Under the pieces are notes generated by a model, which was given only the letters and a program-made list of their open reading frames with translations, ran no database searches and was not told the DNA's origin. From Candidatus Berkelbacteria bacterium RIFCSPLOWO2_01_FULL_50_28 (GTDB taxonomy: Bacteria > Patescibacteriota > UBA1384 > 2-12-FULL-50-11), in contig MEZX01000002.1 of assembly GCA_001774395.1 (NCBI GenBank), forward strand, positions 302,101 through 366,100: a DNA stretch of 64,000 nt, given 5' to 3'. This document shows, piece by piece, positions 47,893 to 59,800 of this stretch. Position 1 is the stretch's first letter. The number at the start of each line of letters is the position of its first letter. A program made the position numbers and the translations under genes.

Positions 47893-50800
47893 TCATGGAA
47901 AAGTTGCTGTTATCACATAAACGACGTCAGCTGTGTAATCGCCGTTAGCTTGGGTGTTCGATGGGTAGAGGCGGTAAGTAATATCGTTGGTGGCGCCTGT
48001 GGCCGGTGCGGTTCGGTCGGCAACTGGGTCGCCCGGGCCGGTGTGAGAAAAGCCAGCAAATTTAGCCCCGCCGTTGGTAAAACGATCAGCCGTGCCGCCG
48101 GTTAACGATGAGTCGTCGGTTGAATAGCCAAAGCCGTAAGACCCAGCACTGAAGGTTGTCGGAGTCGCGTTCGTACCCGTCCAATCGGCTAGTGTCACCC
48201 CACCGAAGCGGACATTAGTCATCGCTTGGGTTGACCAAGCGTAAACGACATAGCCGTTCAAGGCATTACTAGAAGCGGTCAGCGTCGATGTTTGATCACT
48301 GGGGTTGGAGCCGGGGTTAATGGTACCGAAGTCTTTCGAAGTGGAGTCCAGGCCTAGGGTTAGTGTCTGACCAAAAATCCAGTTAACGGTGTTACCGCAG
48401 TCGGTGTTGGTGCCGTCGCTAGCGATAATTGTTGATCCGCCAGAGGCATCAGATCGAGAGACATTAACATACGAGGTTTTTATTTGGTCGTTACCAACGG
48501 CAGCGACATTTAGGAGCCAACTACCGGTAATGGCGGAGTTTCTGAAGTATAGTCTCGTTCCAACCGCTTGCCCGTTCCAGTTCATATTGTTAATCGTATA
48601 GGTGGCGCCGGATTCGTATTCTACTTTCACACTAGCTGTGGTGATGGTGTAGTTGTTGGTGACGGTTGCGGCGGCGTTAAAGTCGACTCCTGCCACCCAG
48701 CCCGTTCGTTCACAGTCGGATGCAATCGTGCCGGAGCTGTTAGTAATGGTCAGGTCGTAAAACGCGTTGGTTGTCAGCATCCCACCAGACAAGGTTTGGG
48801 TACTGGTGCCACTCAAAGTGGTCGTGCCGGTATTAGCGGTAAAGGTACCCGAGTTAGCGTAGTTGCCTTTAATTGCAAATGTTGCGGCTGAGGAAGCTTG
48901 GTAAGTTTGATTAGCTCCGATAGTAAGGTTGCCGGTAACGGTGATGGCAGGATCACTCGTTTCAGCATTAACAACGGCTGATCCAGCGCCAGTCAGGGTG
49001 AAATTGCCTAAAACTTCAGTTCCAGCACATGCGTTATGTACTAAGTAGCTATTAGCATAGAAAAGGTTGTAGGTGTCAACTTCGATATCGTATACAGTTA
49101 CGGTCTCACTCACTTTTTGGATACTTGTAATAGGTTCCGTTCCAGAATAGGTGGCAAGCAGATCGCCAACCCGCAGTTCCTCAACAGCTTTTGAGCTGTG
49201 GTCAGCCATAATAAAGACGTGATTTGCTGTGGCCTGCACCTGGTTGTTAATGATGTAGTACGCATCTTTAGTCCCAATAACTGTTCCAACAACTGGAGAT
49301 ATGACTACTTGGTTACTACTGAGGTCGTAGGATTTGACAAGGTCACCTTCTTTAAGCTCTTCAATTGGCGTACTTCCCGTGGGGGTAAGTACTTGGGTCC
49401 CAGCAAGGAAGGACGTGGCCGAAGTGGTCATTGTGTAGGTCGGTGTACCAGAGGCCGGGCTGGTTTGGAGGTTGTAATAAGCTCTCGTGCCACAACCACT
49501 AGTGATGTTGGCGCTAGTGGTATTCTCGTAGCTAATCGTGGAAGCGTTGGCTGTAAATAACCCGGTCTTTGAGAAAGGAGTACCGCTACCAGTTAAGTGG
49601 TAAGTGCGATTGCCACCATCAAAGGTGGTGGCGGCCGAAGAAATACTCATGACGCTACTAACCGTAATATCTCCGGTTCCACCAGTTTGAGTGGTAATGG
49701 TAGCGGCGGGAGAAGCGGTAAACGTAAGGCTACTAAACGTCCAAGCGGTTGAGCCAGAAGTGGTGCCAAAGTTTTTAGCGCCTGCCACACTTTGGGTGAA
49801 TGTGCCGCCGGTGAGGTTGATGATACCTGCAGTTCCGGCGACGTTACCATTGACAGTAATATTCTGAGTACCGAGCAGCGATCCGGCAGTCATCGTCAGG
49901 TCGTTGGTAACAACCAAGGCGTCCTGAGGTGCCCAGCCACCGCCCGAACCGCTGAAAGTTAGGTTGTAGAATGAGTCACCAGCAGATTGGATAGTCTTAC
50001 TAGTGGCGGTTGCGTTAAAGATAAAAGTAGATGTCCCAGCGTTAAACACCGCATTACTTTCATTCGTAAAATTTGTTCCGACATAGACTGTTGAGGATCC
50101 GGCGGTAAAAATCGGTGCCCCGGTATTACCAGCTACTATAAAAGTCCCGACAGTAAGAGTTTGGTTGGCGGTGTCAAACTCACTATTTCGAGAGTTTCCC
50201 CAGCCAAACCGTAACGATCCGGTGATGGTAGTTGTTCCTGCCAAGGAGATTTTATAGCCGGTGCTGATATTGTCTGTAATGGTGGTATTGTAGGTAAACG
50301 CCGGGAGGGTGAAGTTGGCAGATCCGCTGAAGTCGATGCTTCCATTACCGAGTCCAAAAGTTCCAGCAGGGTCAAGACTGAAACTCCCCCCAGTTTTGTT
50401 CATACCTTTTGAATTAAAGTCAAAGGTTCCTGTCCCGAGAGTGAATGTGCCGTTATGGGCAGCACCGTTGTTTGTTATCAGTTGTGTGGTGTTGCCACTT
50501 TGGCCAACGGTCAAGTTGTAAAATCTGGGCTCCCAAGCATTTGTCGAGCCATTTTTGATAGTTTTTGTACCCGTCCCATTCATCACAACCGTTGAGGTAC
50601 CTTCGACGATACTGACACTGTCTTGAGCAACTGCACTAGTATCCCAATTACCGGAAACCGTAATAATTGAAGCCCGTTCTGTGAGAGACCAGGTGCCGGC
50701 GTTACCTGTCAGGTTGCCGCCAATAGTTAGAGCGTAGTTAAAGGTAGTATTGGTATCAAAAGTGCCGTTAGTAATATCGAAATTGTTAGTGACGCTCATC

Positions 50801-53800
50801 GCGTCTTGGAGCGTCCAGCCCCCACCCGAACCGTTGAAAATAATATTATATAATGCTGAGCCGCCAGTCATGGTTCCAGTGAGGGTTCGGCCGGTACTCG
50901 TTGAGCTGAAGGTCACTGTCCCTGTGCGAGCGGTAAAGGTACCGGAATTTGACCAGTTACCCCCAACTGTTAAGGCATAAGGAGTGGCCGTCACATCAAA
51001 CTCACCCGCGGTGATAGTGAGATTACCACCATTATCTGTAAGGGTTGCTTCCTCTAGCACATAAACCTCGGAACCGTTATTAACGGTTAGGTGGTGGTAG
51101 GTAGCGGACTGAACGGTTGAGTTGCCACCAGCGTTGTTGCCGGTGTAGGCGAAAGTGGAGGTAGCGGCAGTTAAGGCTCCAGCCGGGGAGGCGAGCAGTT
51201 GGAATGAGTCACCGGTTGTGCCACTTAAAGTCCAGGTGCGGTTACCAGCATCTAACGTTGTGGTGGCTCCAGAAGAATCACCGGATTTTCCAACCCTCAA
51301 AATGTCACTGACGGTTATTCCACCACTTCCACCTGTTTGGGTGGTAATAGTTCTTCCTGCTGCTGGGGCACCGAGCGAGTTAGAAAAAGTTAGATCATAA
51401 AATGTCCAAGCAGTACTGCCACTTGTTGTGCCAAAGTTTTTATTAACCCCTACCCGCTGTTCAAACGTCCCCCCAGTTAAGCTGATAACCCCTGAGGTTC
51501 CAGCGACATTGCCGTTGACGGTGATGTTTTGGGTACCGTTCAAGGTGCCAGCGGTCATCGTGAGGTCGTTAGCAATTGCCACGGCTGCATCAGGTTGGAC
51601 GGTTGCGGCTCCGTTCACGATCACGTTGTAAAGGGTCTGGCTGTTAGGAGAGTATGTCGAGGTACCAGTCGACGGGGCAAAGGTGAATGTTGAAGTGCCG
51701 TCATCGACCGCTAATGTTCCGGTGCCGTTGACGAACTTAACATGGCCGGTTGCTGAGATGAAAGCGGTTTGGAAATTGGCAGTATGAGTTCCGCCATTGG
51801 AGTTGACGTAAAAAGTGTCGGTAGCACTCGCGCGATTGAAGGTGGCGGTGCTTGATCCCCAATTCGAACTCGTGGCGCCATTGTCGGTTGAGTCGCCCTG
51901 GACCCATTTATCTGCGTTAATGGTGTAGTTTTGGGTATTAAAGGTTGCCGTTCCCGTAGCGTCTGCTTTTACCTGCGTGTATCCGCTGGTAGTAATATTA
52001 CCCCCGACATTAAAAGTCACCAGTCCCGCGACATCGCTGTGCATCAGGATACTCCAGGTGCCGTAGTTGGTGGCACCAGTGACGGTAACAGTCGCGGCGC
52101 TTAGTTTACGCAACTGGAAGGTGGCATTAGAACCAGATAGGGTTGCTCCTGTTCCTAATACTAAGTCGGCTCCAGCTGTTCTAAACAGTTCAAATTCACA
52201 GGTGACCGAACACGTCATCGTGCCGCCACTGGCATCACCGATGGTTAAAATGCCAAAGACATCGGTTCGGGCTCTGGTCATCGTGGTTGTTTTGGTGTTG
52301 TAGGCAACGGTCAGGTTTTCAAACTGGGTCGTACCCGTACCTGCGATATTGCCGTCACCATTAAGCTGAACGGTTGAGCTGTCGCGGGTGAAGACACCGT
52401 TTAGGTCCACCGTCCAGTGGCGACTGACGGTGATTGTTGAAGTCCGGGCTCGGAAAACAGCACTAGCACTACCAGCGATTGCGACATCACGGGTAACGTT
52501 AACGGCGTGGTTACTAGTAGTGGTGTCAAATGTTCCGAGAGTAATAGTAAGATCGTTAGTGATGATGACCGCGCCACTAGGTGTTACTGTTCCCCCAGAG
52601 CCGTTCAAGATCACGTTATATAGAGATTGACCATTCGGAGCGTAAGTCTTAGAACCGGAAGTATGGACCCAGGTAATTGTCGAAGTTCCAGGGGTTACCG
52701 TTATAGCGGGAGTGCCGTTAATAAACAGAACGGCGCCGGAAACCGTCACTGACGAGCTACCAAGATTAAGGGTACTGCTTGTTCCGCCGTAGGTAGCGTG
52801 AGGAAGGATGGAGTTGGTTGTACTACTCAAAGTAACGGTGCTAGAGCCGAAGCCAACAGCAACCGGGCCATCACGCCCAGCATTGCCATCACCGAACTGC
52901 AAAGTAGCCGCGGTTAGAGCGAAGTTTTGGGTGTTGACAGTTGTTCCAGTTACAGCCGTATTGGCCGCAACATAGACACTTCCGGTAGTTGTAATATCAC
53001 CAGCGAAATTATAAATGCTGTTATTAGCAGTTGCGTACGGTTCAATGGCCCAGTTCCCGTAATTGCCACCGGCCATTGTGAAAGTGGAGCCAGCCCCTCC
53101 GTTAATAAGGAAGCTCATTACAGAGCCACCAGTGAGCGTGGTAGCGGCGCCAAAGACGAGAGGAGTTTTGCTAATACTACCAGCGAGGTTAATGTACGAG
53201 GCGGCCTGACTGACCGTTCCCCCATTCAGGGTCATCACTCCATTAACTTGGTTCATACTGGTGCCGACGGTAATCGTTTTACCCGAGCCGGCCAACTGAA
53301 GGTTGTACATCTGGCTAGCAGAGTTGAGGGTACCGGTGTTGTCAGCCGTACCAGTCATATTAACCGTTGAGGCAGTGCCTTCGGTGAATTTGTTGCCAGT
53401 ATCGTTAAAATCGTTACCAACAGTAATTGTTGAACCGTTACCAATCAGAACAACGCCGGCAGTGTTAGCTAGCGTCAGGTCTCGAGCGACGTTAACGGCG
53501 TAGTTTGAGCCGGTCGTATCAAGCGATCCGTTGGTAACTGTCAGGTCTCGGCCGGTGCCGGTTGTACCTTCAAGGACGAAGGTTTCGGAGGAGTTGTTGG
53601 GGATTAGGTCGTAGTAAGTTGCCGACTGAATAGTTGTACTGCCAGCACCGTTATTGCCGGTGTAGGTGAAGGTTGAGCTGGCGGCGGTTAGTGATCCGGC
53701 GGGGGAAGCAAGTATTTGGAAAGAGTCACCAGTAGTACCAGACAGAGTCCAAGTGCGATTGCCGGCATCGAAGTAAGTGCCACAACCGTCAGCGGCCTTA

Positions 53801-56800
53801 CCTATTCTCATAACATCGCTAACTGTTATTCCCCCTGATCCGCCGGTTTGAGTCGTGATGAAAAATGCGGCACAGATTGGGGAGTTAGGATTCGAAAATG
53901 TCAGATCGTAGAATGTCCAAGCGGTTGAGCCGCTCGTTGTCCCGAAGTTCTTGGCCGCCCCAACTCTTTGCTCAAAAGTCCCACCCGTCATAGTAATCGT
54001 TCCTGCGGTGCCAGCAACGTTACCACTAACAGTTACATTTTGTGTTCCATTCAAGTCACCAGCCGTAATAGTAAGATCATTAGTAACGGTTAGAGCGTCA
54101 ACAATAGTGATATCGTCGCCAGTATCGTCAATAATAAGGTTGTAAAAACTCTGGCCGGCAGAGGTCATGTCGCCATCGGCAGTTGCGTTACCCATTGTTA
54201 CAGTTGATGTCCCAGGGGTGATCACGGCGGTATCGAGATTTTCCCAGTTACTACCTATGGCGTAGCTCGCCGAGCCCAAACTCATTGCAACTGTGCCGGC
54301 AGTGGATGTAAAACGGAAAAGTGCTGTCACGATCCAGGCAGTATTGTTGACGGTATTATCAATTGTTAGTGCACCGGTAATATTATTAGTAGTTACAAAT
54401 GTATAAACATTCATTGTTCCGGCTCCGATTGTGTAGGTTTGAGTTCCAGACGCTGGGCGGAAGTAGAGGTTACCAGCATAAGTATAGGCAGGGATGGTGG
54501 TGCTGCCAGTCATGGAATAATAGAAGTTGGGGACACTAATTGTGCCAGTGTATGAATAGGTAGGAGTTGCATTAGTAACATGGAAGCAACCTCCACTGCC
54601 GCCAATAGTACCCGCAATTGTTAATGTGGTGCCGGTACCGCCGTCGTAATAAATCGCTTGGGCGCAGCCGGCAACGCTGTTGAGCGTTCCTTGGATGTTG
54701 AGATCACTGATGACATGGATATCTGTTGCTGTCTGTGTGTAAATAGCTCCACCAGAAATAGTTAATTTGTTAAAGTGAGTGCCCGAACCGCCGTTGGTGG
54801 TAATCGTCTTAGTTGTTCCCGAAAGGACGACTATTGAAGTCCCATAGCCAGTGGCCTGAGTTGTCCAAGTTGAGTTGCTTTGCGTCCAGTTGCCGCTAAC
54901 AGTAATAGTTGAGGCCTGGGCTTTATAGGTAGTGCCGGAGGAAAATGTTAGATCGCCTGCAACCGTTAGGGCGTAGTTACCAGTTGAATCGGCATCTACC
55001 GTGCCATTAGTTAAGTTGAAATTACTGGCAGTCTCAACTGCTGCGCCGTACGTCCAGCCACCACCGACGCCGTTGAAAGTGAGAACATAAAACTTGCCTG
55101 TTGCACCAGTCATTGTCCCAGTGAGAGTTTTACCGGTAGTAGTGGCGTTGAAAGTGACGGTTCCAGAATTAGCTAAGAATGTTCCAGAGTTAGAGTAACT
55201 ACCGCCGATGGTTAAGGCGAAGTTGCCGGCAGTCACGTCTAATGTACCGGCCGTAATAGTTAGGTTGTTCGAAGTGATTGTTGCGGCTTCTAGGACGTAG
55301 ATCTCAGAGCCGTTGTTCGGAGTTAGATTGTAGTAAGTGGTTGATTGAATGATTGTGTTGCCAGCGCCGTTATTGCCAGTGAAGGTAAAAGTGGATGTAG
55401 TGGCCGTAAACGTTGGACTGGCGGTGAACACAAAAGGATTACCGTTGGTTCCCGAAAGAGTGTATGTTTTTGCGTCAGCGTCAAATGAAAGCGTATCGGC
55501 GGTGGCGTCAAGCGTAAAAATACCTGAAACGGTAATCCCGCCACTTCCGGTCGCTGCGATTGCTGTTCCTGCTGAGTACGAAGCAGTTAGGGAAAGGTTG
55601 TTGAAAGTCCAAGCAGTGTTGCCCCCAAATAAAACGGCTCCTGATCCACCAAGAGTAAGAGTTCCGCCGGTTAAATTGATCGTCCCGTTACCTGTTAGGT
55701 CGGGATCGGCACCACCGTCGCCGACGCTAAGGTCTTGGGTCCCCAGTAACGATCCCGCCGTCATGGTTAAATCGTTGGTAGCCGTAACCGCCGCGCTTGG
55801 TGTCCACTCGCCGCCCGAACCGTTAAATGTAAGGTTGTAGAAAGCCGAAGCACTGGTCATGGTCCCCGCTAGAGTATTGCCAGTATCGGTCGCGTTGAAT
55901 GTTATGGTACCGGATTGAGCGGTAAAAGTGCCGGAGTTAGAATAATTGTTGCCGATCGTCAGGGCGTAGTTAGAAACTGTCACATCAAGAATGGCACTAG
56001 CGTGAGTGATGGTGAGATTATTTGTTACAACAGTGTCTCCTTCCAAAACGAAGGTATCAGCGGCGTTTAGCTCCAGGTCATAATACGAGCTGGTCATTGA
56101 TTGGATGGTCGTATTCCCTCCAGCATTAGCTCCGGTGTAATAGAGTTTAGAAGTACCACCTGTTAAAGCTCCGGCGGGGGAAGCCAAAAGTTGGAACGGA
56201 TCACCGCCAGTACCAGATAGGGTCCAAATTCTATTGCCGGCGTCCAAGGTTGCCGTACCTGCGTCACCGCTCACACCAACTTTCAAAATCCCACTAACTG
56301 TAATCCCGCCAGAGCCGCCTGTTTGAGTAGTAAAGGTAATTCCTGACACACCGGTGTTGGAAAAAGACAGACTACTAAACGTCCAGGCCGTAGAGCCCGA
56401 CGTGGTACCAAAGTTTTTAGAGGCAGCCGCAGTTTGAAGAAATGTTCCACCAGTTAAGCTAAAAGCTCCGGCTGTGCCAGCGACGTTACTATTAGCCGTG
56501 ACGTTTTGAGTTCCAAGGAGCGTTCCGGCCGTCATCGTTATATCGCCATTTATGTTAACGGCCGCGCTTGGTGTCCACTCACCGGCAGCGCCGTTAAAGA
56601 TGAGGTTGTAGAAAGACGACGAACCGCTCAGAGTTCCTCCGAGCGTATTGCCCGTATCTGTGGCGTTGAAGGTGACGGTGCCACTACGAGCCGTGAAGGT
56701 GCCGGAGTTAAGGTAATTGCCGCCGATTGTGAGGCCCCAGTTGGAGCCACTAACCGCATCCAAAATAGCAGATGCCTGAATGGTTAAGTTTCCAGTTGCT

Positions 56801-59800
56801 GTAGTAGCTTCCTCTAAAACATAGGTGTCGAAGGAACAGATCGCGGAGCAGCCTATATCAAGATTGAAATATGAGCCAGCCCCGCCTCTTTCTATAGTTG
56901 TATTTCCCGCCCCGTTCTCACCCCGATAAGCAAAGGTTGATGTCGAACCAGTTAACGACCCTGCTGGAGAAGCCAGGACTTGGAAGGGATCACCAGCAGC
57001 GCCGCTTAATGTCCAAGTACGGTTACCGGCATTGAGAGTTGTTGTCGCTCCGGCGGCGTCGCCGGACGCACCGACTCGAAGAATTGAAGAGACGGTGATA
57101 CCGCCAGAACCACCGGTCTGGGTGGTTACAGTAAACGGACTGGAAGCGTGAGAATTAGAGAAGGTCAGACTAACAAAAGTCCAGGCACTGGAACCGGAAG
57201 TCGTACCAAAATTCTCCGCTGCCGCTACCCTTTGCGTAAAGGTACTTGAGCCGCTCATGGTAATTGCTCCAACTCCAGTGGCGCTACCGTTTACTGTCAC
57301 ATCAACCGAACCGCTCATCGTCCCGCCAGTATTGGAAAGATCATTGGCAACCTGAACAGCATTAGTGCTTAGCGAGAGCGTACTGGCGCCAGAATGAGTG
57401 AGGTTATAGAATTGCTTCGTACTGCCGGTACCGCCGGAAATGATCGTTTGGGTACCGCTGGTGGCGGCAAAATCAACTGTGCCGGTGTCAGCGTTAAAGG
57501 TGCCACCGATACTATTTGTCCAGCTACCTTTGACGGTTAAATTGGCGGCGCCCATCGTCAGTATCCCCTGGGATTGTGAAAACGTGACACTGCCGTTGAA
57601 CGTGACAGTTTGGCCGTTAAGATTGGTAATATTGGCTCGACTACAGCAGTCGCTTACCGTCAGATTGCCGGTAAAGGTTGTAGTCCCTTGGAAAATAAGA
57701 CTATAGGTATTTGGGAGGGAGTTAACCAGGCCGGAGTTATAGGTATAGGCGAGTAGGTTAACGTTGGCAGAGCCGCCGTGGAAGTAGAGCGAGCCGTTAC
57801 CAGTTCCCCAAGTTCCCGCAAGAGAAAGTGGATTTGTCGGCGGAGAAGCCATAAAGAAGGTTTTTGAATTCAGGTCAAAGGTACCGGCCCCTAAGGTCAG
57901 CACGTTTTCAACAGCGAACGATTGTTGCATCTGGGTTGTTTTACCGACGGCCTGACCGACGTTCAAGTTCCAAAAACGGCCTTCCCACGTATTAGTTGCC
58001 CCTGTCGTTATCGTCTTCGTTCCGGTTCCGTCCATGATAACCGTCGAGCCACCCTCAACAATATTGACGCTATCTTGGGCAATCGCTGATGTATTCCAGT
58101 TCCCTGAAACAGTGATAGTCGAGTTACGCTCATTGAGTGTCCATGTTCCTGAGTTACCGGTAAAATTGCCGCCGACAGTTAGGGCATAGTTAAAAGTACT
58201 GTTAGTGTCGAGGGTCCCATTAGTAATATCGAAGTTGTTAGTGACACTCATCGCATCTTGGAGGGTCCAACCACCACCAGAGCCGTTGAAGATGATGTTG
58301 TAAAAAGATTGGGCGTTGGAGGTAATGGTTTTGCCGGTGGCGACGGCATTGAATGTGACAGTGGAAGTTCCAGGCGTAACGGTTATTACCCCGGTGCCGT
58401 CTTTGTATTTTAGGTTGCCTGCTATCGAGACCGATGAAGATCCCAAGTTCAAGGTATGTGTGCCACAGTTCGGACCAACATAAAGTGCGTCGGTAGTGCT
58501 TGTTAGCGATACTACAGATGCATTGAAACTAACTGCCCACGAGCCGGTTCTCGTTGGTGCACAGTCAGCGATAGAAAAAAGGAGAGCAGTAATAGAGTAG
58601 TTACTAGCAGTTGTTGTAAAAGCACTTCCCGTTACACCGTTAGCCGCTTGGAGTTTCATTACCCCCGTCGTGGTAACGTTTCCGCCAAGTTGCCAAGTAT
58701 TGCTGTTGGATGCCGTGTAAGTGTCAACACCCCAGGATCCGTAGTTTCCTCCGGGGATCGTTATCGTCAAGCTAGCAGCATCCGGTCGGAAATACAGATC
58801 TCGATTACCTGTAAGTGTCGTTGCTGAGGCAAAGACTACCGGCGTGCAAGAAATAGTGCAATGAAGATTCAACCAAGACGAGCCTCCTTCGGCGACTGTT
58901 CCGCCATTGAAAGTTAAAACATTATAAACATCGAAGCTGTTGGTTGAGATAGTTGTTGTGAAACCCGATGACCCCCACTGGAGATTATAATACTGACTAC
59001 CACTTGCAGATGTGAACGTCCCGGTACCGGACATAATTACTGTTGAAGTATCGTGGGCAAACTTGTCGCCCGTATCATTGTAATGTCGGGCGATATTGAG
59101 TGTCGAGCTACCAGCGGTGTAAGAAACTCCAGCCGTGTTAGCGAGTGTAAAGTCACGAGTAACAGTTAGATTTTGGTTGCCGGCCGTGATAGCGCCGTTG
59201 GTGCCATTAAAATCATTGGCCACCTCGACAGCGTTACTGAATGTCCAGCCACCAGCGGCGCCATTAAATGTTAGGTTGTAGAATTTGCCAGTCGCGCCGG
59301 TCATCGTGCCGCCGAGGGTTTTGCCGGTGGCAGTGGAGGAGAAAGTTACCGTGCCGCTGGCGGCGGTGAAAGTGCCGGAATTGCTCCAGTTGCCGGAAAC
59401 GGTGATGGCGTTGGTGGTGGAGACGGTCAAAGTGCCGCCGTTATCAATGGTGACCCCAGCGACCGTGACCGAAGCGGTGTCCTCGGTGATATTGTGGGTG
59501 TTAAGAATTTGAACCGTATCGCCCGCTTGAGGCGTAGTGAACCCACAGTTCGTCCAGGAAAGGGCGTCGCTCCAGTTACCGGTGGCGGCTGATTGACAGG
59601 CGTTGTCGGAGGCGATTAACCACGACCTGGGTTCCACCCACTTCGTGGAATTTTCAATTTTCGAATTTTGTCGGACTTCGCCTCCATAGCTTCTTCGCTG
59701 CGCTTCGTCGCTATCAGTTTTCAATGAATTTTCAATGCTTGAATTTTCAATTTCCGCGGGCTTGCCCGCCGTAGTTGCCTCCTTCGCCGAAGTGGCTACG

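Noticed and set aside
49028-49413. Canonical self-splicing intein
   Set aside because: The residue after the terminal HN is Ala rather than Cys, Ser or Thr (Cys is at +2). Standard class-1 splicing is therefore doubtful. It is kept as a Hint/BIL-like domain instead.
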